64,000 nucleotides of DNA from Spirochaetota bacterium (GTDB lineage: Bacteria > Spirochaetota > UBA4802 > UBA5550), in contig CAXXHB010000003.1 of assembly GCA_963664815.2 (NCBI GenBank), positions 2,464,001 through 2,528,000 of the forward strand. The letters are read 5' to 3'. The notes below the pieces were generated by a model that was not told the origin of the DNA, did no database searches, and worked only from the letters and a program-made list of their open reading frames with translations. Below, one piece after another: positions 29,971-40,557 of the stretch. Both the position numbers and the translations under genes were made by a program. How positions within the stretch are numbered: position 1 is the first letter of the stretch; each line of letters starts with the position of its first letter.

Positions 29971-31341
29971 CTAGAATGGTATACGATTTGTTTTTGACCA
30001 GATACCATTCTCCTGGGCTGATTTTACAAGATCATCCCTGAAATCCGGATGTGCAATGCTTATTAAACTCTCAGCTCTTCCCCATACAGATCTGGCTTTC
30101 ATATTAACAATACCGTACTCAGTAACAAGATACTGCACCATCGTTCTGGGTACGGTTACAACGGATCCAGGCGTCAGCATAGGCTGTATTCTAGACTTGA
30201 CCATGCCATCTTTTTTATCCTTATATGTTGATGAGAATGCAAGGAAACTCTTTCCCCCCTTCGAATGGAAAGCCCCTATAACAAAATCAAGCTGCCCCCC
30301 TGTGCCCGATATCTGCCTGAATCCTGATGTTTCCGAACATACCTGACTCAGCAGATCAACTTCAACTATATTATTTATGGAAATGACATTATCATTCTGA
30401 GATATGAAATCGGGATTATTTGTATGATGAACCTTACACGATGCGAGTCTCGGATTATCGTGAATAAAATCATATGTTTCGGGAGTTCCAAGACAGAAAG
30501 AAAATGTACTTTTGTTTATGTCAAAACTCTTTTTTGCATTTGTAACTTTTCCGGCATTGTAGAGAGTCACCATGGCATCACAGAACATTTCACTCTGAAT
30601 GCCGAGATCCTTTACATCTGTATGCACAATCATTTCTCCAATAAGATTCGGAAGAGTTCCTATACCAAGCTGCAGGCATGATCCGTTTTCAATATGAGGC
30701 ACTATAAATTCAGCTATCTTCTTCTCCGATTCTGTGGGCTGATTCATCTTTGGAGTTGAAAAAATAGGCGTGTTGCTACCCTCAATAATATAGTCAACTT
30801 CACTTACATGAATATATTCATCATTTCCCCCAAGACACCTTGGCATGTTCTGGTTTACTTCAACAATTACTTTATCGGCCCAGAGAGCTATTCCCCTGTT
30901 ATGTGAATTTCCGAGACCGAAATTGAAACATCCATTACGGTCCATGGGAGTAACCTGAGCGCACCATACTGTCGGTTTGAGCTGATGCAGATACCTGTGG
31001 TGATATGCAAGCAGAGTGGCCTCATGATAATTAAACGGCAGGTGACATGTCAGTCCTTTATCTCCGGATATTCTGTCAACCAGTGTATAATACCAGCTGA
31101 AATACTGAAAAGATTTCTGCTCCGGATCATTCTGTATAACAGCCGGGAAAGGGGGTACGGTTCCTGTTCCCCGTATTGAAACCTGTTCAATCTGACCGAC
31201 TCTTTTACTTAATGCAATATCGAAATCAACAGGTTTTGTCGCAAACATCCCGTAATCAATTATATCATTTGATTTAACTATGTTTGCAGCCTGGTCTGCA
31301 GTAACAAGTTTGTGTTTATATTCATCAAGATATGTATTCAT
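29971..31341 (-). CDS. Acyl-CoA:acetate CoA-transferase (butyryl/4-hydroxybutyryl type)
   Basis: QLGIG, SEM, QISGTGGQLDF, VTEYG, IAHPDFR. Confidence 0.88.
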   Translation of the reverse strand: MNTYLDEYKHKLVTADQAANIVKSNDIIDYGMFATKPVDFDIALSKRVGQIEQVSIRGTGTVPPFPAVIQNDPEQKSFQYFSWYYTLVDRISGDKGLTCHLPFNYHEATLLAYHHRYLHQLKPTVWCAQVTPMDRNGCFNFGLGNSHNRGIALWADKVIVEVNQNMPRCLGGNDEYIHVSEVDYIIEGSNTPIFSTPKMNQPTESEKKIAEFIVPHIENGSCLQLGIGTLPNLIGEMIVHTDVKDLGIQSEMFCDAMVTLYNAGKVTNAKKSFDINKSTFSFCLGTPETYDFIHDNPRLASCKVHHTNNPDFISQNDNVISINNIVEVDLLSQVCSETSGFRQISGTGGQLDFVIGAFHSKGGKSFLAFSSTYKDKKDGMVKSRIQPMLTPGSVVTVPRTMVQYLVTEYGIVNMKARSVWGRAESLISIAHPDFRDDLVKSAQENGIWSKTNRIPF

Positions 31342-31605
31342 ATGTATATCCTAAATTCAATTTTATTTTTATAAATAAAATATATCAGCAATGTGCACAT
31401 AAACACAATCGAGCTTACTGATAAAAACATGTGGAGTAAAATATAAAATCTTTGTAGTATTATTGACCACATTTCAATTATTAATAGAATTACCGGAAGT
31501 TTTATAGTGTTTGAAGAAAACCAATCATCTTTAACAGACTTGTTATGGAGCTTTTCAAAGGTGGCACATACATTATAAATATTGTATTTAAAAGATTTTA
31601 AAAAC

Positions 31606-31659
31606 AATATTTTCCTTTATAATCAGCTCATATATGACCAGCTCATAAAGGAAAATATT
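31606..31659. repeat. 15-bp perfect inverted repeat enclosing a 9-bp direct repeat
   Basis: AATATTTTCCTTTAT...ATAAAGGAAAATATT, with CAGCTCATA twice. Confidence 0.6.
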
Positions 31660-31792
31660 ATAAAGTTGTGCAGAATAATACTCATCTGGAAGCTAATATT
31701 TCTTTTTATTTAAAACACTGTACTCAAAAGAACAAGAATCAAAATATTTTATAGCACAAAAATAATAAACAAAAACATATAAATTTACCGTG

Positions 31793-33049
31793 CTATTGAG
31801 TTTCGATAAGACTCATTAACAGGGAAGAAAGCACATGGAAACCGATATCAATCTGTGTGCCGGTTTTCCGGTTTTTCACAGTTGCCTGACCTTTTAACAA
31901 TTCATCTTCGCCGATAATAACGATGAAAGATGCATTTGCTCGTTCAGCTTTCTTGAACTGGTTTTTAAAACCCTTCACCTCCGGATCAAGGTCTACAGAA
32001 AAATCGTTTTTTCTCAGTTGTGAAGCAACATCAAATCCTTTTTCAAGAGATTCTCCGCCTGAATGAATAATATAAACATCAACACCCGGTTCATCTATAT
32101 CACTTTCTTCTATAAGAAGAAGCATTCTTTCAATTCCTGCAGCAAATCCAACTCCAGGAGTCGGTTTTCCATCAAACTGTTCAACCAGGTAGTCATATCT
32201 CCCACCTCCGGCAAATGCATTCTGACTTCCAAGATTATCTGCTGTGAACTCAAATGTGGTTCGCGTATAGTAATCAAGCCCTCTTACAAGATAATTATCA
32301 ATCTTATATTTTATTCCGCTTCTGTCGAGATACATTTTTACCTTTGAAAAATGATCACTGCACCCGCCGCAAATATGCTCAGATATCACAGGCGCTGCTT
32401 CCCGCAATGCACGACAGTTTTCTTTTTTGCAATCCAGAAGCCTGAGAGGATTTGTATTCAGTCTTTTCCTGCAATCATCACAAAGCTTATCGGTATGCAG
32501 GCTGTAGTACTCTTTGAGTTTTTCGATAAAAGCGCCCCTGCATTCCCTGCATCCGATTGAGTTTAATTGTATTGTATAATTTTCAATTCCTATGCTTTTT
32601 GCTATGGAATCCACAACAGAGATAATCTCAAAATCATAATAAGGATCTTCACTGCCAAAAATTTCAGCGCCAAGCTGATTGAACTGACGCAGCCTGCCTC
32701 GCTGAGGCTTTTCAGCCCTGAACATCGGTCCATTATAAAAAAACTTGTTGAGCGCAAGCCTGTTGTACTCTCCATTCTCCACATATGCCCTTACAATACC
32801 GGCAGTTCCTTCAGGACGAAGTGTAAGGTTCCGGCCTCCCCTGTCTTCAAATGTAAACATCTCTTTTGAAACGATATCAGTATCATCTCCAATACCTCTG
32901 GAAAAAACTTCAGTGAATTCCATTATCGGCACTATTAACTCTTTATAATTGAATATCCTGAAAACATTTCTCGCTGCATCAAGTATGAAGTTCCATTTGA
33001 ACACTCTGTCTGGGAATATATCCTCTATTCCAGGCGGTTTACTTATCAT
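31793..33049 (-). CDS. hisS: Histidine--tRNA ligase
   Basis: LRPEGTA, RAEKPQRGRLRQF, LVRGLDYY, GGGRYD. Confidence 0.97.
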   Translation of the reverse strand: MISKPPGIEDIFPDRVFKWNFILDAARNVFRIFNYKELIVPIMEFTEVFSRGIGDDTDIVSKEMFTFEDRGGRNLTLRPEGTAGIVRAYVENGEYNRLALNKFFYNGPMFRAEKPQRGRLRQFNQLGAEIFGSEDPYYDFEIISVVDSIAKSIGIENYTIQLNSIGCRECRGAFIEKLKEYYSLHTDKLCDDCRKRLNTNPLRLLDCKKENCRALREAAPVISEHICGGCSDHFSKVKMYLDRSGIKYKIDNYLVRGLDYYTRTTFEFTADNLGSQNAFAGGGRYDYLVEQFDGKPTPGVGFAAGIERMLLLIEESDIDEPGVDVYIIHSGGESLEKGFDVASQLRKNDFSVDLDPEVKGFKNQFKKAERANASFIVIIGEDELLKGQATVKNRKTGTQIDIGFHVLSSLLMSLIETQ

Positions 33050-33051
33050 TA

Positions 33052-34281
33052 TCAATCTCCCCTGTTTTCAAGTCTTCTTCTGAAAACTGCGTCTTTAAAC
33101 ACAGGTTTATCGAACAAAACACGATAAATTTTGTTCGGTCTCCCCATGTCAATTTCACCATCTTCAAAATAAATTTTTAAAACCCTGTATTTGTCATCAA
33201 GTATCACATCTTTTATTGGATAAATTCCGTCAAGAACTTCATCTTTATAAATTGGATTAAAAGTTTTTATTATTACTTCATTTGAAGCAGTACTATCATC
33301 ATCTCTATATGCAACAAAAAGCGCATTGTTTATATATGGCACTCCATCATATCCCATTTTATCAAATTCATTAAAAAGATCTGTCGTATATGGCCTGTGG
33401 CTTATCAGGTTCAGTTCATCAAGCCAGAAAGGAAGAAATCGTTTAAATTCATCCGTCCCCGCAAGCTGTACAGCATGCTTATAGATTCTTGTGGTATTCG
33501 CTGCATGATATATCGATTTCATCCGTCCTTCAATTTTAAATGCATCAACGCCTGCATCAATATACTCCTCCAGTCTCTCAATCAGACAGAGATCCTTTGA
33601 TGACATTATTTCAGTACCACGGGGATGTTCAACTAATGGAAGAAAGTCACCCTCCCTCTTTTCTTCCATCAGATAATATTTCCATCTGCATGGTTGCGAA
33701 CAGTCCCCACGATTGGCATCTCCCCCCTGCAGGTATCTGCTTAAAAGACATCGTCCTGAATAGGCAATACATAAAGCACCATGAGCAAAAACCTCAATCT
33801 CCGCACCGGTATTTCTCTTTATCGTCCTTATCTCTTCAACAGTAGCCTCCCTGGCCAGAACTATACGCTTAAATCCTGCATCCATCCAGAACTTTACTGA
33901 ATAACTGTTTAATGTACTCATCTGTGTTGAAAGGTGAAAATCAGCATCAATTCCTGTCTGTTTTAATATCTGCAGCATCCCAGGATCGGAAATCATAACT
34001 GAATCAAATCCGAGATCCCTGATCTTTTCCGCATATTGAAAAGCGGCATCGACATCACCTTCATGAAGAAAAGCATTCATAAGAAACGTTGTCTTCACAC
34101 CTGCTTCTTTACAGTATGCTATTCCTGATTTTATATCTTCATATGTAAAATTTCCAGCTTTGACCCTTAGATTGAATTCATCTCCTCCGAAATAGACATT
34201 GTCCGCACCGTACTTAACAGCGAAGATCATCTTCTCAAGATTACCGGCCGGTGAAACTATCTGTATCTTTTCAGTTTTCAT
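33052..34281 (-). CDS. U32 family peptidase (TrhP/YegQ-like)
   Basis: SPAG, HLSTQ, HGALCIAYSGRC, CSQPCRW, KIEGR. Confidence 0.9.
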   Translation of the reverse strand: MKTEKIQIVSPAGNLEKMIFAVKYGADNVYFGGDEFNLRVKAGNFTYEDIKSGIAYCKEAGVKTTFLMNAFLHEGDVDAAFQYAEKIRDLGFDSVMISDPGMLQILKQTGIDADFHLSTQMSTLNSYSVKFWMDAGFKRIVLAREATVEEIRTIKRNTGAEIEVFAHGALCIAYSGRCLLSRYLQGGDANRGDCSQPCRWKYYLMEEKREGDFLPLVEHPRGTEIMSSKDLCLIERLEEYIDAGVDAFKIEGRMKSIYHAANTTRIYKHAVQLAGTDEFKRFLPFWLDELNLISHRPYTTDLFNEFDKMGYDGVPYINNALFVAYRDDDSTASNEVIIKTFNPIYKDEVLDGIYPIKDVILDDKYRVLKIYFEDGEIDMGRPNKIYRVLFDKPVFKDAVFRRRLENRGD

Positions 34282-34314
34282 TAAGCAGTCCCATGATAAT
34301 TTCCTGTTATGATC

Positions 34315-35241
34315 TCATTTGAATTTCACATCCGCTATTATCCTGTCCATATTCGGAACGGTAAGATTATCCGGTGTTTTTTTACCCCTTACCGGATAAG
34401 CTCCCATTCCGGCAAGAATTTTTTTATTTCCCAGGGCACTTGCAGGGTACTCTGAATATTCGGTCGTGTAGAGCGGAATTTTCAGGCTCTGAGCAGATTT
34501 TGCTGCTTCAAAAATCCCACCCTCTTCAGGAGACTCGACAATAAAAACAGCATATGATAATGCGCAGATTATTTTATTCCGGGTAAATGCACTATATTTG
34601 TCTGCGGCCTCTTCCGGATAAAAAACTGATACAACAAGAAACCGCTCTTTGTCATAAATTGATTTAATCATATCCGGAATGCTGAACTTGAAAATTCCGT
34701 ATGGAAGAAACGCTATTGTATAACCGCCATATTCAAGCGCTGACCTGTGGGCGGCCATTTCTGCTCCTTTAGCAAATCCGCTGATAACCATTATGTCATG
34801 CTCGACAAGATCCTTTGCAGCCATATATGATATAAATTCACCCCTGCTGCTGACATTACTGTCGCCCAGTATCGCCACACCTTTTTTTTTCAACAGCTGC
34901 AGATTCCCGTATGTATATAATATTGGCGGAATATCGCTGCCAAGGATTTTGTTTAGCCTTTCAGGGTATCCGCCGGAATAAAATGCAGTCACAGTTATTC
35001 CAGCATCAATAATTTTCTGATATTCCTCTGCCACTGATGGTAAAATATCTATTGCATTCATTATAGCAGAGAGGTTTTTTGAACTGAAACTAAATTCATT
35101 TTTAATTTCACCTTCAGTGAGTTCAAAAATATCAGAAAGAGATATTCCGGCGTCGGAAACCATCCTGTAAATTTCTTTTAAATTCACAGGCCCCATCCCC
35201 TCTGCTCTTTCCAGCGCTATCCAGTATTTATTGCTGTTCAT
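34315..35241 (-). CDS. Second, divergent DprA/SMF (SLOG)-like protein
   Basis: PPILY, ISGFAKG, AAH, RNKII..LS, VES..GG; lacks the GTR and GID motifs. Confidence 0.8.
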   Translation of the reverse strand: MNSNKYWIALERAEGMGPVNLKEIYRMVSDAGISLSDIFELTEGEIKNEFSFSSKNLSAIMNAIDILPSVAEEYQKIIDAGITVTAFYSGGYPERLNKILGSDIPPILYTYGNLQLLKKKGVAILGDSNVSSRGEFISYMAAKDLVEHDIMVISGFAKGAEMAAHRSALEYGGYTIAFLPYGIFKFSIPDMIKSIYDKERFLVVSVFYPEEAADKYSAFTRNKIICALSYAVFIVESPEEGGIFEAAKSAQSLKIPLYTTEYSEYPASALGNKKILAGMGAYPVRGKKTPDNLTVPNMDRIIADVKFK

Positions 35242-35266
35242 AATTGGCGTATCATAATCATCAAAT

Positions 35267-35386
35267 AATAATTATTCCTTAATTTTTTATAACATAAAAC
35301 CCTTTATTCTCTTCTCCGCCAAAAGCGGCGGAAAGATATAATCGCTTATTCTTTATACCAAAACATATGATAAGGAATTATTACTG
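35267..35386 (+). repeat. Dispersed ~120-bp element, copy 2
   Basis: AATAATTATTCCTTAA...CCGCCAAAAGCGG...AGATATAATCG...TAAGGAATTATTACTG. Confidence 0.85.
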
Positions 35387-35533
35387 ATCATCAATATATA
35401 TAATATATATTTTTCTTTTATCAGTAAAGTTTACGGTTGTTTCAGCCTGATTCATGCCGCTGCGAAGCATATTTACTATTTTCAGATAAGATTGTTCTTA
35501 AGTATTCAACTATTTTAATACGGAACAATATCC

Positions 35534-35866
35534 CTATCTCTGAGGATTTTTAATTCTTTCCTGAATATTATTTATTAAATCCAGATACTCCCGCTGTACA
35601 AGAATATGATCTTTAACAGTTTTGTTTTTTTCAAACTCATCTTTCAAAATTTCAAGTTCCGCTCTTCCGATTGATGAATCTTCATCTGCCCGAACCTGAT
35701 TTTTTATCACACCGCCAATTTTTATCAGCTCAGCAAGAATCCTCTGGGCTGCTGCATCATGTTTCATTCTTTCAAGACTTTCCCTGTATCTTACGGTAAT
35801 TTCATGATTTTCAATCAATCCCGCAAGTTCCTTTGCCTTCTCTATGATTGCTTCATATTTTTCCAT
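35534..35866 (-). CDS. YlbF/YmcA-family regulator-like protein
   Basis: IIEKAKELAGLI N-terminus, helical composition, N..V.D.I..Q......IN..I C-terminus. Confidence 0.7.
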   Translation of the reverse strand: MEKYEAIIEKAKELAGLIENHEITVRYRESLERMKHDAAAQRILAELIKIGGVIKNQVRADEDSSIGRAELEILKDEFEKNKTVKDHILVQREYLDLINNIQERIKNPQR

Positions 35867-35870
35867 TTTA

Positions 35871-36797
35871 TTACCATAATACATCCATTGGATTTAAGAG
35901 TTCCCCGTTATGCCACAGTGTAAAATGAAGATGAGGACCGGTTGATAATCCGGTAGAACCGACTCTCCCCAGAAGCTTTCCTGCCTTAACCCGTTCACCA
36001 TTTTTTGCATAAATCTGCGACATATGCCCATACATTGTTTTATATCCATTATCATGCTGAATTATTACAGCTTTACCATAACTGCCATTCCATCCTGCTG
36101 TTATAACAACTCCCTCTCTCGCAGCACCTATATATGTTCCATAAGGAGCCGCGATGTCAAGCCCGTTATGAAACATGGTAGTCCTGTAAACAGGATGTTT
36201 CCTGTTACCAAAAAATGAACTAAGCCTCCCACCAAGAGGTGACCTGAACATCTGTCTCAGCCTGAATTTATCTGCCAGACTAGCTGTCATATTATCAGTT
36301 CTTGGTCTTGCATCTTTGATAAATACAGCTATGGGGGGTCTCTCCTTAAAAAATACAGAATATAGGGGATACAGCAACGGCTGTTTTTGAACAACTAAAT
36401 CGCCTGCAGATACTCCATGTGCATCAGAGAGTTCTTTGATGCTACCAGGATTGTTAACAAACTCAATTGTACCCGGTTCAGAGGGAACTATTACTGTCTG
36501 ATTTGTCCTCGCGCGCAGGTCCTCCCAGAAAATATTAATCCCTATTAATGTATCAATATCCACTTTATATTCTTTTGCTATTTTCCAGAAATTATTCCCT
36601 TTTGATATAGTAACATAATACAATTTAATATTTTCAAACTCAACATTCACTTTCATATAATTAATATAATTTTCTTCAGTTTTAAAAAATGAGCGGATAT
36701 CAGGTGTTATGTCTCTTCTTTTATTACTTTGACAAAAACATAAAATTCCTGAAATGGTTATAACTACAAGGGTAAATAAAACTATTTTCTTATACAT
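35871..36797 (-). CDS. LysM + M23 peptidase
   Basis: KGNNFWKIAKEY LysM; HNGLD, YGHM and HLH motifs. Confidence 0.9.
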   Translation of the reverse strand: MYKKIVLFTLVVITISGILCFCQSNKRRDITPDIRSFFKTEENYINYMKVNVEFENIKLYYVTISKGNNFWKIAKEYKVDIDTLIGINIFWEDLRARTNQTVIVPSEPGTIEFVNNPGSIKELSDAHGVSAGDLVVQKQPLLYPLYSVFFKERPPIAVFIKDARPRTDNMTASLADKFRLRQMFRSPLGGRLSSFFGNRKHPVYRTTMFHNGLDIAAPYGTYIGAAREGVVITAGWNGSYGKAVIIQHDNGYKTMYGHMSQIYAKNGERVKAGKLLGRVGSTGLSTGPHLHFTLWHNGELLNPMDVLW

Positions 36798-36804
36798 AAA
36801 ATCC

Positions 36805-36851
36805 CTGATTTTATAAATATTTTTTTATAATAAAAATATTTATAAAATCAG
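36805..36851. promoter_or_regulatory. 20-bp perfect inverted repeat just upstream of the M23 gene
   Basis: CTGATTTTATAAATATTTTT-7 nt-AAAAATATTTATAAAATCAG. Confidence 0.5.
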
Positions 36852-37001
36852 TCAAATAAAAAATCCGGCTACTGTGATTATTTCCAGAAAGTCGGATTTT
36901 TGCAGTACAGACAGATTATTTATTAAACAAATACAGTTTCTTAAAGAGTCATGAACTATTATTAAAAATCCCGACATTATACCGCCGGGATTTTATAATT
37001 T

Positions 37002-37538
37002 TTATTTACTCTTCAGTTTTATTGATTCGACCAGATCGACAAAAAGACCGTAGAATTTTTTCAGCTCATCCTTATCGCGCAGCGGGCGTGGATCGGGATA
37101 ACCACCCTTGATAATATCTTTTATATAATTTGACATAACATAAATTGGTCCGGATATTCTATGCGTTATCCTTATAATCATTATAAACAATATAAAACCC
37201 TGGAAAATTACGCAAATTATCATAGCTACAAGAAGATACCTGTTATATTCAGCCAGCTTGTTAATATTATTGAGATTCGTATTATGATTCCTGATAAGCA
37301 TATCGACAGTTGTTTTATAATCACTATTGATATGCTCATTAATATTTGTTGCCTGCATTAACTGGAAAATATTATCTTCAATCTGATATATATTGTTTAT
37401 TTTTTCATTATTATATACAACAAATGCTGCTATTGATGACAGTATAATAATTGAAACCGACGCCACAACTCCGATAATAGAAAAAGCGGTTCTCAGCTGA
37501 AATTCCTTATCTATCAAATATTTTTTTCTTTTAGCCAT
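37002..37538 (-). CDS. Two-TM membrane protein with a HAMP-like C-terminus
   Basis: RKKYLIDKEFQ, two TM helices, THRISGP...LRDKDEL. Confidence 0.72.
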   Translation of the reverse strand: MAKRKKYLIDKEFQLRTAFSIIGVVASVSIIILSSIAAFVVYNNEKINNIYQIEDNIFQLMQATNINEHINSDYKTTVDMLIRNHNTNLNNINKLAEYNRYLLVAMIICVIFQGFILFIMIIRITHRISGPIYVMSNYIKDIIKGGYPDPRPLRDKDELKKFYGLFVDLVESIKLKSK

Positions 37539-37700
37539 ATATAACCAACCTGATTTCAAATAATATAATCTAAATTTTAAAATTACAAAATATAATAATT
37601 GATCCTGTCCGTAAAATACTTTTTAATATCTGAAACATAATCAGAATATCTGAATTGTTATACATATTATTTCAGAAAAAATATTTTTTATAACAAATTA

Positions 37701-38294
37701 TCAATACAAAATCTTTTCCGCTCCTGCCTGTTTTACCATTCTGAAAAAAAGCCGCAATGGAAATCCGATTACATTGGTCATGGAACCACTGACAGACTTT
37801 ACAAGCATTTCTCCATGCTCCTGTATTGCATAGGATCCGGCTTTATCGCCATAATCAACAATTTCAAGATATCCTCTGACAGTATTGTCATCGAGATTCA
37901 TAAATTCCACAGATGTTTTTTCAGAATCATAGATTCTTACAAATTCATCTCCATTTCTGAACGCAATACATAAACCTGTAACTACAAAATGCTCTCTCCC
38001 TGAAAGCATATGAAGCATTGATACAGCATCTTCTTCAGAACATGGCTTTCCCAGTATTTTGCCGTTTATTGAAACAATAGTATCTGAGGTTATAATAAAA
38101 CATTCTTCCGGAAAATTTTCACAGGAGATAATTCTGTCCATTTTTAAGTTTGTTATTCTTTCGGTATAGTTATCCGGCATTTCATCATCATTCAGTTTTT
38201 CATCAACAGAGGGAGATATAACCTGAACAGTTCCGAAAATACCTTCAATAATATTTTTTCTTCTGGGCGAACCCGATCCAAGGATTATTTTCAC
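37701..38294 (-). CDS. maf: Maf nucleoside triphosphate pyrophosphatase
   Basis: ILGSGSPRR, SDTIV, LGKP, DKAGSYAIQ, NVIGFP. Confidence 0.93.
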   Translation of the reverse strand: MKIILGSGSPRRKNIIEGIFGTVQVISPSVDEKLNDDEMPDNYTERITNLKMDRIISCENFPEECFIITSDTIVSINGKILGKPCSEEDAVSMLHMLSGREHFVVTGLCIAFRNGDEFVRIYDSEKTSVEFMNLDDNTVRGYLEIVDYGDKAGSYAIQEHGEMLVKSVSGSMTNVIGFPLRLFFRMVKQAGAEKILY

Positions 38295-40342
38295 TATTTC
38301 ATTATAACCTTTTCATTGATTTTATATACATTGGTTACACTTTTTATTTTTTTTATCCGTTTGAGTATATCCGTAAGATGTTCATTGCTTGTGACTTCAA
38401 GAATAAACTTAAGCACAGCTTTTCCGTTTCCTGATGACTGTGCTTCTACCTTTAAAATATTCGATTTTGCCAGTGATATTTCATCTGTAACATCTTTTAA
38501 AAGATTTGGCCTGTCAATAGATTCAACTGTCATTTTAATAGGATATTTATTCCCCTCATCTTTATCCCAGATAATGTGAATAAACCTTTCTTTCTCCAGG
38601 CTGAGACGTTCAATCGAAGGACATGAAACTTTGTGTATTGTAACCCCGCGACCGCGTGTAATGAAACCTATTACCTCATCTCCAGGTATGGGCTGACAAC
38701 ACTGCGCAAGCTTTATAAGTACATTGCTGTTGCCTTCTATGCTTATGCCGATTTTACCTGTCTTGCCTAAATTTCTGACCCTTATCTGCTCATCTTCAGG
38801 AATGGAAACTCTCGCCTTTTTAACTTCCTTTTTTCTTTCCTCTTTTCTTTTAAGCTCTTCCTCTGTTTTTACAAATTCATCACTATGCTTTTTCAGCCAG
38901 TTTCTTATTTTATATCTTGCATTTCCCGATTTAACTATCTTCAGCCATGCTTCTGCCGGATGTGAATTTTTAGATGTTATTATCTCGATAATTTCGCCAC
39001 TTTTAAGCTTAGTTCTTAACGGTATAAGTTTATTGTTCACTTTCGCTCCGGAGCAGCGGTTTCCCACCTCAGTGTGAATAGCATAAGCAAAATCAATCGG
39101 AGTTGATCCGGAGGGTAGTTTAATGATCTCCCCCTTGGGCGTGAAAACAAAAATTTCATCCTCATAAAGATCCATTTTTACAGTTGAAACGAAATCCCGT
39201 GTGTTCATTGCATCAATGCTGATACTGTCAAGATTAGTAAGAATCGACAGGTTCTTATAATCATTCTTTATAATCTTCTCCTTGTCTTTGTAAATCCAGT
39301 GAGCAGCAATACCCATCTCCGCCGTTGCATCCATATCCTTAGTTCTTATCTGCACTTCAAGAGGAAATCCTTCAGGTCCTATTACTGTTGTGTGAAGCGA
39401 CTGGTACATATTCGATTTAGGTACAGCTATATAATCTTTAAATCTTCCTTCTACAGGGGACCATATTGAATGTATTACTCCCAGAATGGCATAGCAGTCT
39501 TTCATTTCATCAGTAAGAAGCCTGATTCCTCTTATATCATATATATCATCAAATGACTTATTGCTTAAAACCATTTTCCTGTAGATCGAATAAAAACTTT
39601 TAGCCCTGCCCTTGATCTCTACATTTATTTTAAGCTCCGCCAGTTTATTGTTTATTATATATCTCACATTTTCAAGATACGATTCAACCTCTGACTGCCT
39701 CTGGGCTATTTTTCTTTTTATTTCATTAAACTCATCCCTGTATAATACATGAAAAGAGAGATCCTCCAGTTCTGTTGCAAGTCTTGATATGCCTAGCCTT
39801 CTTGCAATAGGTGCATATATATCAAGAGTCTCCTTTGCAATTCTCTGCTGTTTATATTCAGGCTGAAACATTATTGTACGCATGTTGTGCTGCTTATCGG
39901 CAAGTTTAATTATGATAACCCTTACATCTTTAACAGTTGCCAGCAGCATTTTTCTCAGAGTTTCAGCCTGTGCATGTGATTTTGAACGGTTTTTCAACGA
40001 TGAAATTTTTGTCACTCCATCTACCAGCATTGCAACTTCATCATTAAATTCTTTGGCGAGAAAATCCTTTGAATGTTCTGTATCTTCCACAACATCATGA
40101 AGCAGGGCAGCACATATGGTTGTTGTATCAAGGCGAAGCATAGCAAGAGTAATTGCAACTTCCAGCGGATGTATAATATATGGTTCTCCGGAGAGGCGAG
40201 TCTGCCCCTCATGAGCTTTATATGCGACATCATACGCTTTTTTTACGATCTCAACATCAGATTCGTTATTATTTTTTCGTATTAAATCAATTAATGTCGC
40301 TATGTCCCTCTGCCGTATTTTGAATTCAAATTCAGTTATCAT
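38294..40342 (-). CDS. spoT: Bifunctional (p)ppGpp synthetase/hydrolase
   Basis: HD domain (LHDVVED), synthetase (YQSLHT, EVQIRT), TGS, CC and ACT domains. Confidence 0.95.
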   Translation of the reverse strand: MITEFEFKIRQRDIATLIDLIRKNNNESDVEIVKKAYDVAYKAHEGQTRLSGEPYIIHPLEVAITLAMLRLDTTTICAALLHDVVEDTEHSKDFLAKEFNDEVAMLVDGVTKISSLKNRSKSHAQAETLRKMLLATVKDVRVIIIKLADKQHNMRTIMFQPEYKQQRIAKETLDIYAPIARRLGISRLATELEDLSFHVLYRDEFNEIKRKIAQRQSEVESYLENVRYIINNKLAELKINVEIKGRAKSFYSIYRKMVLSNKSFDDIYDIRGIRLLTDEMKDCYAILGVIHSIWSPVEGRFKDYIAVPKSNMYQSLHTTVIGPEGFPLEVQIRTKDMDATAEMGIAAHWIYKDKEKIIKNDYKNLSILTNLDSISIDAMNTRDFVSTVKMDLYEDEIFVFTPKGEIIKLPSGSTPIDFAYAIHTEVGNRCSGAKVNNKLIPLRTKLKSGEIIEIITSKNSHPAEAWLKIVKSGNARYKIRNWLKKHSDEFVKTEEELKRKEERKKEVKKARVSIPEDEQIRVRNLGKTGKIGISIEGNSNVLIKLAQCCQPIPGDEVIGFITRGRGVTIHKVSCPSIERLSLEKERFIHIIWDKDEGNKYPIKMTVESIDRPNLLKDVTDEISLAKSNILKVEAQSSGNGKAVLKFILEVTSNEHLTDILKRIKKIKSVTNVYKINEKVIMK

Positions 40343-40557
40343 ATATTCAATATAATTTACAGTTGCATTAAATTGCAGAAATTATTATTAAAACTTAAAA
40401 TTTTTAAAGATCATCAAGTCAAGACATATATTATTTATCTCCATATTTTGAATTAAAATTTTTTTAAGTTTAAATTTTACTAAAGATTTCCCTCTTCAAT
40501 TACGATAATAAAAAAAAATATAATCGCAACAACGTGATAATGCATATTAACCGCGAA

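Noticed and set aside
5465-38294. Competence regulon (comEB-like, dprA x2, ssb, ylbF, maf)
   Set aside because: The genes are scattered across different operons with no shared motif, and each has a housekeeping explanation.
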